From an uncultured Pseudomonadales bacterium (GTDB taxonomy: Bacteria; Patescibacteriota; Microgenomatia; UBA1400; Chazhemtobacteraceae): a stretch of DNA of 64,000 nt. Below the pieces are notes generated by a model that did not search any database, was not told the DNA's origin, and saw nothing but the letters and a program-made list of their open reading frames with translations. Shown here in pieces: positions 46,529-56,463 of this stretch. The stretch lies in contig CAYQZQ010000001.1 of the NCBI GenBank assembly GCA_964422035.1, forward strand, positions 249,013 through 313,012, read 5' to 3'. Each line of letters begins with the position of its first letter. Positions within the stretch are counted from its first letter, which is position 1. The translations under genes and the position numbers were made by a program.

Positions 46529-47803
46529 TTACTTAGGTGAGTTCTTACATCTAGGATTAATCTTTTTTGTCTTCCATTCTGGTAGAAAGGCCAGTTCATT
46601 ATTGTGATGTCTTGGAATTTTATTTACTGGAGCAACCTTGGATTTTTGGTCTAGGAAAGATATATGAATTCCGTCTTGCTGGTCGATTACCTGCCCTCTT
46701 CTTTCCAGCTTGACTAATAACTCATAATCATTGCTGTTAAAGCTGATCTCTCCTTGAGGGTGATATGTCAAGGTTGAGGTATATTTGCCCTCACTTCTGG
46801 TCTTTGGTTTGTTGAAGTGGGTTTCCGAGGTGGCAAATAGTTCTCTACCTGTTGGAGTTCTGAAAATAATTTTTAATTCAGCAGAAGGGGTGTCGTGATT
46901 TAGTTGATAGTTGATTTTGATTCTGAAAGGTTGAGATACATCAAAAATAGAGCTTTGCTTGTCGTTTGTATAAAGAGTGATTTGGTTGATTTGCCCTTCT
47001 TTTTTATCTAGTTTGGGAAAGATATATTGCGATTTTTGTTTTTGGGTTGTGCTTAAATATTGCTCTACCACTTCGTTAGTGAGACCAAGGTTTTTGACCT
47101 TTCCGTTTTCTATGTGCAAAGTTTTTTGACAGATGTTTTGGATAGCGGTCATATCGTGGCTGACTAATATTAGTGTTTGTCCTTGGTTGGCAACGTTACT
47201 CATTTTTTTGAGACTTTTTCTTTGGAAGTCTGCGTCACCGACTGATAGAACCTCGTCTACTAGAAGGATCTCCGGTTGGAGATGAGCCGCCACGGAAAAG
47301 GCAAGTCTGAGGCGCATGCCGGAGGAATAGTGCTTGATTGGTGTGTCGATGAATTCTTCTACCTCTGCAAATTTAATTATTTTTTCAAGTTTGTCTTCTA
47401 CCTCACTTCTGGTCATACCAAGGATAACTCCGCTTAAAAAAATGTTTTCTTTACCGGTAAGCTCTTGGTGAAAACCGGTACCCACTTCTAGCAGGCTACC
47501 CACTCTGCCTCTAAGAATGGCCTCTCCAGAGGTGGGAGTAGTGATTCGACTGAGAACTTTTAAGAGAGTGCTTTTACCAGCTCCATTTTTGCCGATGATA
47601 CCTAGAACCTCCCCTTTTTGCACTGAAAATGAGATGTTTTTTAAGGCCCAAAATTCATTTTTTTGAAGATTATCTAATGGTTTGATGTTTTGGGTTGGGT
47701 TTTTGAGGATACCTGAGATTGTATCTCTGAGGGAGTAGTAAAGTTGCTTTTCACCTTTACGGTATTTTTTGGAGATATTTTTGACTTCGATTATTGGTTT
47801 CAT
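46529..47803 (-). CDS. wzt: Polysaccharide ABC exporter ATP-binding protein with C-terminal Wzt_C domain
   Basis: FWALKNISF, GKNGAGKSTLLK, LLEVGTGFHQELTG, YSSGM, LLVDEVLSVGD, VSHD; about 170-aa C-terminal extension. Confidence 0.95.
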   Translation of the reverse strand: MKPIIEVKNISKKYRKGEKQLYYSLRDTISGILKNPTQNIKPLDNLQKNEFWALKNISFSVQKGEVLGIIGKNGAGKSTLLKVLSRITTPTSGEAILRGRVGSLLEVGTGFHQELTGKENIFLSGVILGMTRSEVEDKLEKIIKFAEVEEFIDTPIKHYSSGMRLRLAFSVAAHLQPEILLVDEVLSVGDADFQRKSLKKMSNVANQGQTLILVSHDMTAIQNICQKTLHIENGKVKNLGLTNEVVEQYLSTTQKQKSQYIFPKLDKKEGQINQITLYTNDKQSSIFDVSQPFRIKINYQLNHDTPSAELKIIFRTPTGRELFATSETHFNKPKTRSEGKYTSTLTYHPQGEISFNSNDYELLVKLERRGQVIDQQDGIHISFLDQKSKVAPVNKIPRHHNNELAFLPEWKTKKINPRCKNSPK

Positions 47804-48633
47804 GTTATGTCAGCAAAGAATTTTTCAGTGAGATTAAAGTAGACAAGTCCAAGGATAAGTGCTAATACAGCGGCTACAGATGATATTGCCAAATTGAAAG
47901 TATTTAGAGAAGATGAAAATGCAAGACTGCTTCTAACCGCCTCAATAACTCCTGTCATGGGGTTGAGAGCTAGTATGAATTGATTTGATTCCCGAACTAT
48001 GGAGGTGGGATAAATGACAGGCGCAACAAAAATCAGAAGCTGGATAAAGAAGGGTAGGATATAGCGCACATCGCGATATTTGACATTAATAGAGGCAAGC
48101 AGAGTTCCCAGCCCGGAGGCAGCAATGAAGGTAATTAAGAAGCCCAAGGGGACTATCCATAACGAAGAAAGAGTTGGAGGGTGAGAGAAATACAAAGAAG
48201 CTAGAAGTAAAAGAGCTAGATTAATAACAAAGTCTATTGAGCTGGTGATGACTGATGATAGGGGTAAAATAAGGCGAGGAAAATATACTTTTTTAATTAG
48301 GTGTTCGTTGGATATAAATGAGTTGGCAGCATTGGTGAGCGATTGAGAAAAAAAGTTCCAGAAAACTAAACCGGTGAGGACAAAAAGAGGATAGGGCAGA
48401 TCTCCTGATGGTACTTTGGCTAGTTTGCCGAAAAAAACGGTAAAGATAAAGGTACTCATAAGTGGCTGGAGAATGACCCAAAGGATGCCTAGGACAGTTT
48501 GTTTGTAACGAACTTTGATATTACGCCAAGCAAAGATAATTAAGAGTTCTCGATAGCGATATAGTTCTTTGAGATCTGGTAAGAAAGAACTACCTTTGGG
48601 TTTGATAGTGATAGTGTGAGGATTTTTACTCAT
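47800..48633 (-). CDS. wzm: Polysaccharide ABC exporter permease
   Basis: ELYRYREL..WRNIKVRYKQTVLGILW, LIKKVYFPR, NVKYRDVRY, LNPM. Start at ATG 48633 (ATGA overlap). Confidence 0.95.
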   Translation of the reverse strand: MSKNPHTITIKPKGSSFLPDLKELYRYRELLIIFAWRNIKVRYKQTVLGILWVILQPLMSTFIFTVFFGKLAKVPSGDLPYPLFVLTGLVFWNFFSQSLTNAANSFISNEHLIKKVYFPRLILPLSSVITSSIDFVINLALLLLASLYFSHPPTLSSLWIVPLGFLITFIAASGLGTLLASINVKYRDVRYILPFFIQLLIFVAPVIYPTSIVRESNQFILALNPMTGVIEAVRSSLAFSSSLNTFNLAISSVAAVLALILGLVYFNLTEKFFADIT

Positions 48634-49346
48634 ATGTTTTCTTTTTTGATTGCAACCATGATTATATTGGATGCAAGCAGTTGTGGCCAAAGTTGTCTGA
48701 TATTAAACAATAAGCCTGACTGGGTTTTTTTGATGATTTGAAAGTTGTGCTGCCTTAAAAGATCGGTTAGAGATCTGTGAGTAAAGTAGTGAAGATGACC
48801 GATGTCATAGTCACTCTGTCCTGAGCCAGTGCGCGGCAGTTTACCCAATAAGATACTAAGGCGGCGAGGTAAAAATGCGAGATTGGGAACCTCAATTATC
48901 AACTGGCCACCTAGTTTAAGTATACGATGGACTTCTTTGAGAACAAAATTGACATCAAAGACGTGTTCTAAAACTGCTACCATGGTGATGGTGCCAAAAT
49001 AGTTGCTTTGATAGTCGGTTTTGTTGTCAATATTGTGGACTGATAGTGTAGTATCGAGTTTTTCTGAGTTTAGGTTTTTGTTGGCTTGCTTAACAAGATC
49101 TTTTGAGATATCAAGCCCATGTAACTGACTGAAGCCTTTATCGCTGGCTTTGATGAGAAGATTGCCTGCGCCTGTTCCAATATCAAGAATATTTCCGCCT
49201 GGTTTTAGGAGATTGACAACGGCATCGGTGCGGTGGAGTTCATAGTTGATTAGAGAGTAGTGGATTCTTTCAAGTAAGGTGAGGTCTTTGCTGTTCTTGT
49301 TGAGTCTTTTTTGGTAGAAATGAGTGGCAGTGTTGTTATTTGGCAT
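48630..49346 (-). CDS. Class I SAM-dependent methyltransferase
   Basis: ILDIGTGAG, GLDIS, VLEHV, EVHRILKLGG, EVPN, HLHYFT. Confidence 0.9.
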   Translation of the reverse strand: MPNNNTATHFYQKRLNKNSKDLTLLERIHYSLINYELHRTDAVVNLLKPGGNILDIGTGAGNLLIKASDKGFSQLHGLDISKDLVKQANKNLNSEKLDTTLSVHNIDNKTDYQSNYFGTITMVAVLEHVFDVNFVLKEVHRILKLGGQLIIEVPNLAFLPRRLSILLGKLPRTGSGQSDYDIGHLHYFTHRSLTDLLRQHNFQIIKKTQSGLLFNIRQLWPQLLASNIIMVAIKKENI

Positions 49347-50442
49347 AGTGATGGTATAGATTTTCTATTTGACTCAGGTGTTTTTTCCAAGTGAACTGTT
49401 TTATTATTTTATCTCCTTTTTTTGTTTTTTGAGATGAAAGTTTGTCTGACGAAATAAGCTTCTCTAATGCTTTGCAAATATCTTTGGGCTCTTGAGGATC
49501 AAAGTAGACTGCGGCATCTTGTAGGATTTCAGGAAAGGTGTTGTTTTGGGCAGCTGCGATAGGGGTGTGGCAGGCTAGAGCTTCAAGAGACGGGAGACCA
49601 AAACCTTCATAAAACGAAGGAAGGGCACAGAGTCTGGCTGTCTTCATAATTTTTATTACTTTGGCGTAGTTTACCCAGCCAAGGAAGTTGACTCTATTGT
49701 CTAAGTTGTTTTTTTTAATGATATTCTTGATTTCATTTTGGGCTTTGCCTTGGCTGCCGGAGATGATTAACTTGTAGTGTTTGAATTCTTTATCTTGAAT
49801 TAGGAGAGTGTAGGCTTGGACTAAGTTTTTGAGATTTTTATGAGGGTGAGTGGCAGAGGGGGTGAAGATGATTGGATCGCGTTTTTTGAGAGGTGTCTTG
49901 TCTTGTGAAGGTAGTGGTGTTCCCCAGGATATTTTTTTGATTGGGGTAAGTTTGGTTAGCAAAGGGAAGTTATCTTGGATTTGTTTTTTGATTGCATCAG
50001 TAGCAGTGATAATTTGGTTATTGGTTACGATAACCAGAGGCAAAAGAAGCCTGTAAGCCAATCTGGTAAGTATAGGGACTGTTTGAGGGTGGGGTTGGTA
50101 TTGGAGGTCGTGAATGACTGTTATCTTAGGGCAAGGAGTGATAGGAGGCGAAGTGTAGCCTAAGGAATGAAGTAGATCCGATTTGTTACACAATAAATAG
50201 AAGGGGAGAATTATGATTTCAATTAGAATTCTTTTTATTTTGTTTTTAGCTGAGTTAATTATTGGTTTTAGGTTTATATTTTGGTATTGATACTTTTGAG
50301 TAAAACTTTTGGTGCAATAGACGTCTACTTGATTGTTTGTAGCGAATTGTTTATCAAGTTCTTTGAGGAAGCAAGTTGATATAATCTCAGTCCCCCCTAC
50401 TCTACCCGGCTCCAAAAACAAAATATTAATTGCAATTTTCAT
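49336..50442 (-). CDS. Glycosyltransferase family 4 (MtfB-like)
   Basis: PGRVGGTE, VIHDLQ, HPHKN, PSFYEGFGLPSLEAL. Confidence 0.9.
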   Translation of the reverse strand: MKIAINILFLEPGRVGGTEIISTCFLKELDKQFATNNQVDVYCTKSFTQKYQYQNINLKPIINSAKNKIKRILIEIIILPFYLLCNKSDLLHSLGYTSPPITPCPKITVIHDLQYQPHPQTVPILTRLAYRLLLPLVIVTNNQIITATDAIKKQIQDNFPLLTKLTPIKKISWGTPLPSQDKTPLKKRDPIIFTPSATHPHKNLKNLVQAYTLLIQDKEFKHYKLIISGSQGKAQNEIKNIIKKNNLDNRVNFLGWVNYAKVIKIMKTARLCALPSFYEGFGLPSLEALACHTPIAAAQNNTFPEILQDAAVYFDPQEPKDICKALEKLISSDKLSSQKTKKGDKIIKQFTWKKHLSQIENLYHHYAK

Positions 50443-51563
50443 AAACTGTTAATTGTTTGATGAAAGTTGTCAGCGGCATGTGTGGGAGTAAAGTTTTGAA
50501 TAATTTTGAGACTGTATTTTGACATTCTCTCTTTGTCAGTAAGGATTTCCTGAACCTTATCTGCAAGTTCTGAAATAGAATCCGGTTGAAAAGTAAAGCC
50601 ATTTTTATCTGATTTAACTAAATCTGAAGCAGCACCACATTTGCTTGAGACTATAACCGGAAGACCTGAAGCCATAGCTTCGTTGACCACTAGCCCCCAA
50701 ACTTCTTCATAAGACGGTACAACAAGTAGATCTGCCAGGTTGTATATAGCTGGCATGTGTTGATAGGGAATATGATCTGAAAAGTGTACTTCATGGAGTC
50801 CTAGACTGCTAACCTGTTCTTCTAACTTCTGCTTTAAAGGACCATAGCCTTGTAAGATCAGACCTATCTTTTTTCCCTTTTGTTGCAAATTTGAGACAGC
50901 CTCTATGAGAGTGGAAACATTTTTCCTCTCAATAAACTGGCCAACATAAAGAATATACTGCCAATTTGATTTTAGAGAAAGTTTACTTTTTAACCCTTCG
51001 ACAAAGGTCTGATTTTGATAACTATTGAAGTGCTTAGTATCAATATTGTTATAAGCAATACTAATATCTTTTTTGTTTGCCCCCAAGCTTTGTAGATATT
51101 GTTTAGACTTACTACCAATGGCAATATATTTATCAGCTAGGCTGACAAGAAGCTTGGTGTATGGTTTGGTAATCCGCCTGAGAAAGCTCTTTTCACTTTC
51201 TGTGCTGCCGGACCAGAGAATTAATTTGTAACCAATAAGGGGTTTTAAGAGAATAGCTAGCTGTATAGTAATGTCTAGCCAGCCAGAAACAATTACCACA
51301 TCATCTTTATTCAAAGAAAAAAGCCATTTAATGGTTTTGGGGTTAATGTTTATTTCGTTCCAGTCTTTAAGACCAAAACCAAATTTAATACCTGATTCAA
51401 CTCGAGATTTAAATCCAGTGTCTTGTGATGTTTCCCAGCACCTGTTTTTTGCTGATGAGCTTAAGAAGATAATTTCAAGCTCATCATTTAACAGATCACT
51501 AAGTTTTTTGAAGAAAGTAAAACGGTAAGGAGTTATGGTCGGATGGATGATGTAAATACTCAT
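50439..51563 (-). CDS. Glycosyltransferase family 4
   Basis: TPYR, YVGQFIERKN, PSYEEVWGLVVNEAMASGLPVI. Confidence 0.92.
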   Translation of the reverse strand: MSIYIIHPTITPYRFTFFKKLSDLLNDELEIIFLSSSAKNRCWETSQDTGFKSRVESGIKFGFGLKDWNEININPKTIKWLFSLNKDDVVIVSGWLDITIQLAILLKPLIGYKLILWSGSTESEKSFLRRITKPYTKLLVSLADKYIAIGSKSKQYLQSLGANKKDISIAYNNIDTKHFNSYQNQTFVEGLKSKLSLKSNWQYILYVGQFIERKNVSTLIEAVSNLQQKGKKIGLILQGYGPLKQKLEEQVSSLGLHEVHFSDHIPYQHMPAIYNLADLLVVPSYEEVWGLVVNEAMASGLPVIVSSKCGAASDLVKSDKNGFTFQPDSISELADKVQEILTDKERMSKYSLKIIQNFTPTHAADNFHQTINSL

Positions 51564-51583
51564 AAATAAGCTGTGTTGTAACT

Positions 51584-52960
51584 TTATTCTATCACTGAGG
51601 CTTTTAATTTATTGTTTGCGTCTAAGACAGTTATTAGAACTGAAGTTCCAGGGTCACGAGGAAAATCTGTCGCGGGGTACTTGTGTTGGAGATAGTCCCA
51701 CCAAATGGCGATGTTACCTTTAATTTCTTCTTTGTATCGAGGTGAAGGAGGTTGTTGAAAAGAGATGTTATACCGGCTAGGGAAAGATGGGTGAAGTTGT
51801 TTAATAAATGATTGATGATTGGTAAAGAGGTGTGGGTGAGCGTAGTTAGGATTGATGGTCCTGATGGCGTGCGTAACAAGGAACGGATTAATGTGTCCGG
51901 AGCCCGAAAGAAGAGAGATAGTAAATGGAATAAAAGAAAGAAGGGCTAGTCGCTTCAATTTGGTAGTCTTCTTGAAATACAAAATGAATATATCTAAGAA
52001 ATAGTAAAGGTAGAGTGCAAAAATAGGTAGATAGTAAACATATTGACGAGGAGTAAAAAAAAATGATTGAGAACGGGTAACTAAGAATGAAACCGGGCCC
52101 AGAATAATCCAGCCTAAAGAGGTTAGAGTAGCCTTGAAGCTGGCTTTGCGAGAGTTGAGATAATGATAGAGACTTAAGACTGAACCAGTAATAATTAGAG
52201 GGATAAAGTTTCGGTAGTATTCCCAAAACAATGAGAAAGATGTATCAAAGTTCCAAGAATGAACATGGCGAGCATAAAAAACGGACACCAAAGAAGCAAT
52301 TAAGACACTGATTATAGGCTTACTTACCCTGAACTCTGAATGAAATATAAGTTGAGAAAATAGAAGTGTAGATAACAGGGTGGCAAACTGAAAAATACTG
52401 GCCGTAGAGGTTGCGGCCAGAGCCAAAAGGGTAATCGTAAAAAGGATTAATGGTTTATTGTTGAGCTCAATAACGTAAAGCAGTAAGAACGAAAGAGAGA
52501 TCCATAAGCTGTATGGTCGCATCTGACTGGCATATTGAACCATAGCAGGATTAAAGAGAAATAAGGGCAGGCTGAGGGTGAAAAACAAGAAGTATTTAAG
52601 TTTTTTGTAGAGATAGATTAGATAGGTAATGATTCCAATCGTAAAGTGAGTTGCTAAGAGATAGTAAAGACGAAAGTACTGATGGGGTGCGAGAAACAAA
52701 TATTTTAGTGGTTTACGTATTAAGTAGAAAATCCGAAGGATAAAGTAATCAAGAGGGGCCGGGCTACCTTGATAAGCAACTCCTAACAAGATCGATTTTA
52801 AACTAGAAGTAGATATAGTTCTATTGAAACTCGCTAATTCATCTATCCAAAACAATTTTTGATTGGCAAGCTCAAACCAATTGAGAGAGAAGAGTGTAAG
52901 TTGGGCAAAAATCAGCAAAAGACAAAATAGATAGAGGGTTTTTTTATTTTTTAGGTTCAT
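51584..52960 (-). CDS. GT-C-like membrane glycosyltransferase
   Basis: FWIDE first-loop motif, APLDY, YASQMRPYSL, many TM helices. Start set at ATG 52960. Confidence 0.75.
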   Translation of the reverse strand: MNLKNKKTLYLFCLLLIFAQLTLFSLNWFELANQKLFWIDELASFNRTISTSSLKSILLGVAYQGSPAPLDYFILRIFYLIRKPLKYLFLAPHQYFRLYYLLATHFTIGIITYLIYLYKKLKYFLFFTLSLPLFLFNPAMVQYASQMRPYSLWISLSFLLLYVIELNNKPLILFTITLLALAATSTASIFQFATLLSTLLFSQLIFHSEFRVSKPIISVLIASLVSVFYARHVHSWNFDTSFSLFWEYYRNFIPLIITGSVLSLYHYLNSRKASFKATLTSLGWIILGPVSFLVTRSQSFFFTPRQYVYYLPIFALYLYYFLDIFILYFKKTTKLKRLALLSFIPFTISLLSGSGHINPFLVTHAIRTINPNYAHPHLFTNHQSFIKQLHPSFPSRYNISFQQPPSPRYKEEIKGNIAIWWDYLQHKYPATDFPRDPGTSVLITVLDANNKLKASVIE

Positions 52961-54356
52961 TACCAGCAATTATATAGACTGATTGACCAAAGGGCGGTTT
53001 TATGCTCTTTTCAACCAATTTCATTAGAGGAACAATCATTTGGTCAAAGATAGAAATCTGACCTGAGAGTGTTTGACTCGATGGAGTTGTGCACAAAAGC
53101 TTGTTTAGGTACCAACCAAAGGCACCGATGATATTGAAGTACTTTGATTTGATAATTTTGAAATCATTTTTTTTGAGCAGCTGAGAAAGTGAGTGATGGT
53201 TGTATCTTCTGTAATGACTGACGCTTTTATCCCATCGGCTGTAAAGGCGTTGGTGAGCAGGAACAAAGATAAATATTTTACCCCGTGATTTTAGGATTTT
53301 TTTAATATTTTGAATCATCTGCTCTTGGTTTTTTACATGCTCAAGAGTATTGATAAGAACTACTAAGTCATATTTGCGTGGCAATTCTTTTGCCTGATCG
53401 ACTTGTGATAGATCAAGAATCCATGGCTCGACATTGCGATGTGACTTGAATTTATTTTTTAACTGCTGATGATATTGCTCATCTACTTCTAGGATGTCTA
53501 AGTGTTGTGCGCGGGGAGCAATCAAAGAAGAAAAAGTGCCTATTCCCCCGCCAATTTCAAGGACATTCCCCTTAATGTAGTGACAGAATTGACTAAATAT
53601 CCAGTTGTTATAGTTCTCGGCTTGGGAAACTTTGTGTAAACCGGTAACTAGCTGGTTGGGTGGAAAAAACTTATACTTTAAAAGGGTTTGGATGGCTACT
53701 AAGCCGTCTTTCCAATTGATCTTTTTGCCCTGTTTAACACTTCGCGGTTGGTAGCTGATAGGAAGCTCAATTATCTTTTCACCTCTTAGACCAAGTTTGG
53801 CTGTTACTTCGGGGCAAAACTCAAATCCAGTACACTCAAGATTTAGATTTTTTAGAAGATCAGTTTTTATGAGCTTGTAGCAGGTCGGCTCGTCGGTTAT
53901 TTCAAGACCAAAGAGAAGATTAGCCAGTTGGGTGACAAATTTGCCCCCAAGATAGAAGAAGCGACTTGAATAAATTCCCCTTTGAGCATATTTAAAGCGA
54001 GAACCGTAGACGACATTGGTTTTATCTTTTAAGACTGGGTAGATCAGAACTTCAAGATCCTTGGGGTTGTATTCCAAATCTGCATCCTGAATAACTGTAA
54101 AACTTCCGGTGGCTTCTTCTAGACCTGTTCGAATAGCACTACCTTTTCCTTTATTTATGTCATGGAATTTCTTTATGAGTGGTTTTGTAGTCTTAACTTT
54201 TTTGATTATTTGAGTCGAACCATCAGTTGAACCATCATCCACCATAATAATTTGCACATCGAGATCTATGGAGTCAACTTTAGAGACAAGTTCTTTGATG
54301 GTGTTTTTCTCATTATACACAGGGATTATAACAGATAGTATGGGAGGTTGATTCAC
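52944..54356 (-). CDS. Fusion of DPM1-like GT2 (polyprenol-phosphate sugar synthase) and class I methyltransferase
   Basis: N-half IPVYNE, DDGSTDG, NKGKGSA, IQDADLEY, VYGSRF, TCYK, GKKINWKDG; C-half NYNNW, VLEIGGGIG, NTLEH, VPAH..LYS..D..HYRRY. Confidence 0.9.
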   Translation of the reverse strand: MNQPPILSVIIPVYNEKNTIKELVSKVDSIDLDVQIIMVDDGSTDGSTQIIKKVKTTKPLIKKFHDINKGKGSAIRTGLEEATGSFTVIQDADLEYNPKDLEVLIYPVLKDKTNVVYGSRFKYAQRGIYSSRFFYLGGKFVTQLANLLFGLEITDEPTCYKLIKTDLLKNLNLECTGFEFCPEVTAKLGLRGEKIIELPISYQPRSVKQGKKINWKDGLVAIQTLLKYKFFPPNQLVTGLHKVSQAENYNNWIFSQFCHYIKGNVLEIGGGIGTFSSLIAPRAQHLDILEVDEQYHQQLKNKFKSHRNVEPWILDLSQVDQAKELPRKYDLVVLINTLEHVKNQEQMIQNIKKILKSRGKIFIFVPAHQRLYSRWDKSVSHYRRYNHHSLSQLLKKNDFKIIKSKYFNIIGAFGWYLNKLLCTTPSSQTLSGQISIFDQMIVPLMKLVEKSIKPPFGQSVYIIAGNEPKK

Positions 54357-54433
54357 AAGTAACCCGTTTAATTTATAAATAATTGAGCTTCATGACAGCA
54401 TATCATAGCTCTAAAAAGACAGGGTCTTTACTA

Positions 54434-55768
54434 CTATGAAAGCTTGTTAGAATTGATCAATTGATGACGCTTAATATTGTAGGTTATTTTTTTCCAAAGA
54501 GTGCGTAACTTTTGGAAGATTTTACCCACAACATCAGGTCTAACTTTGGAGACAAGATGTCTGGCTGGTTTGGTGCCCAAGAGCAGAAATAAGCTGCTGA
54601 TAACAATCTCCATAAGATAACGAGAGAAAGGGAAGCCTTTGATTTGATAGCCATAATCTGGAACAGGGAAGCCTAATTTTTTAAGAAACTGGATACGAAT
54701 AAAAGCTCCACGTTTTTTTAAATCATAACCATGTGAGTGCATCTTGATGGCTTTGTCTTTTGAGATATTTTTTAAGCTGATAACACCTTGGTGCTGCATC
54801 TTTTCAAGAATATTTTGGCCCTTTTGAGACCTGACTATGACCATGGAAAAACCCTTACCTTTTTGTTCATATTTGGGAGCCCATGCATCACCGACTGAGA
54901 TGTCAGTAAACTCATTAGTCAGATCAGTAGAAAGAAGGCTACGTTTGACAATGTGAAATGGAATCAGGTAGTTAGCATAGAACTTAGGTAGTTTAATGAC
55001 TTCTCCCGATTGGAGGACGATTTTGGTGTATCCAGGCCACTTTCCTTCTCGGAAAGACAGACTTTTTATTTTTTTATGATCATCGATACCATAGGACTTA
55101 AGTAGGTATTTGATTGAACTGAAGTGCAAGGTATTGCCGTAGAAGGGACCAATTATGTATTTGATTTTTTTAACGACCTCATCATTGACCATTTGCAATT
55201 TGCGAATTGAATGGACTTGAGGAGGAATACCAACAAGGGCGAGGTTTTCCTGAGAATCAGTTACATGAGAGAGGGCCTGATTATTGGAGCTTAATAGATA
55301 TTTACTACCAGCCGCAGAGATGATTTGCTCGGGGGTGGTAGCAATAAAAGGTCTGGTAAGCCATGGTTTCTTTTCATCCATGCCTAAAACCACTGCTCCA
55401 GAGATTTTTTTGTTTTGCAAAAGCCAAAGGAGAACCTGGGTAATGATTCCTCCGCTACTAGCCAGTCGTCTAATTTTTTGGTTGGTGGTAAAACCTATGT
55501 GTAGTGACCGGTAATGCCCCAGATACTGATCTCTTTTTGGAGAATTGTAAACAAATTGATTTAAACGCGGAAAGTTAACATTTTGAGCTGGACAGCCAGT
55601 CCAGATTCTTTTTGCCAGGTCGTCTTCTAAATCGATTGGTATCTTGGGTAGATAATTACCCTCCTTATCTTTAAATTTAATTTTCCCCTGAGAGAGCCCT
55701 ATGCAAGTACCACAACGGTTACATAAACCGTTTTTGGTAACGTCAATGAGTTTATTTTTTGCAGACAT
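54434..55768 (-). CDS. FrhB/FdhB-family (F420 hydrogenase beta-subunit-like) protein with N-terminal ferredoxin motif
   Basis: CNRCGTC...CP, ASSGGIIT, AAGSKY, LVGIPPQV, FREGKWPG, DISVGDAW, SMVIVRSQKG. Confidence 0.85.
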   Translation of the reverse strand: MSAKNKLIDVTKNGLCNRCGTCIGLSQGKIKFKDKEGNYLPKIPIDLEDDLAKRIWTGCPAQNVNFPRLNQFVYNSPKRDQYLGHYRSLHIGFTTNQKIRRLASSGGIITQVLLWLLQNKKISGAVVLGMDEKKPWLTRPFIATTPEQIISAAGSKYLLSSNNQALSHVTDSQENLALVGIPPQVHSIRKLQMVNDEVVKKIKYIIGPFYGNTLHFSSIKYLLKSYGIDDHKKIKSLSFREGKWPGYTKIVLQSGEVIKLPKFYANYLIPFHIVKRSLLSTDLTNEFTDISVGDAWAPKYEQKGKGFSMVIVRSQKGQNILEKMQHQGVISLKNISKDKAIKMHSHGYDLKKRGAFIRIQFLKKLGFPVPDYGYQIKGFPFSRYLMEIVISSLFLLLGTKPARHLVSKVRPDVVGKIFQKLRTLWKKITYNIKRHQLINSNKLS

Positions 55769-56462
55769 AGAATTGGCGAATACCTAATTCCGAGATGAAT
55801 GTATTCTGAAAGCGTTTGATAATTTTTTCTGCCAATGACTTGATAACGGTAGGACCTAAGGGAAGCAATAGGGTACCCTTGTGGCTAATAAGCTTCCATC
55901 CCGACTTTTCCAGCAAATCTTTGACTTGTCTTGAGGTCAGGAAGCGATGAGGGCCTTCACCGTGACCGCCATAAAAGAAGGTATAGACCCTGTAGGGGAT
56001 TTCTGCTGTGGCCGGTGGGCAACTTAAGACCAGAGTTGCATCATCCTTGGCCACTCGATGCAGTTGTTTAAGAAATTCCAAAGGGCGGGAGACATGCTCT
56101 AGTGTTTCCAGGCTGACGATGACATCAAAGCTTTGATCTTCAAGGGGGAGTTGAGAATAAGTGGAGATTTTGACCTGCTTGGCTTTAGGATACAGGCGTT
56201 TGGCTTGGGAGATTAACTTTGAGGATATTTCTGCATTAACTAGTTGGCAGGAAGGGCAGGCTTTTTTTATGAAGGGGTAAAGACCGCTATCACGACTGGA
56301 TATATTCAGTATCTTTTGATTTTTTTTGAGATCGAGAAGTTCTAGAGTTTGGTGGAAGCGTTGATTGTGAGCTTGGTCGACTTTTTGGTTTTCTCTTATA
56401 TAAATGTCGGCTACGCTATTCCAAAACTTTTCTACTTGTTTGTCTGTCCAAGTATTTTGCAT
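55752..56462 (-). CDS. Class I methyltransferase-like protein (atypical motif I)
   Basis: LPLEDQSFDVIVSLETLEHV..P..FL..LHRV; motif I reads ILNISSRDSG. Confidence 0.8.
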   Translation of the reverse strand: MQNTWTDKQVEKFWNSVADIYIRENQKVDQAHNQRFHQTLELLDLKKNQKILNISSRDSGLYPFIKKACPSCQLVNAEISSKLISQAKRLYPKAKQVKISTYSQLPLEDQSFDVIVSLETLEHVSRPLEFLKQLHRVAKDDATLVLSCPPATAEIPYRVYTFFYGGHGEGPHRFLTSRQVKDLLEKSGWKLISHKGTLLLPLGPTVIKSLAEKIIKRFQNTFISELGIRQFYVCKK

Positions 56463-56463
56463 G

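Noticed and set aside
54434-55768. Evidence for methanogen-type F420 hydrogenase metabolism
   Set aside because: No frhA/frhG or maturation genes nearby, Fe-S ligands are lost, and the context is glycan synthesis
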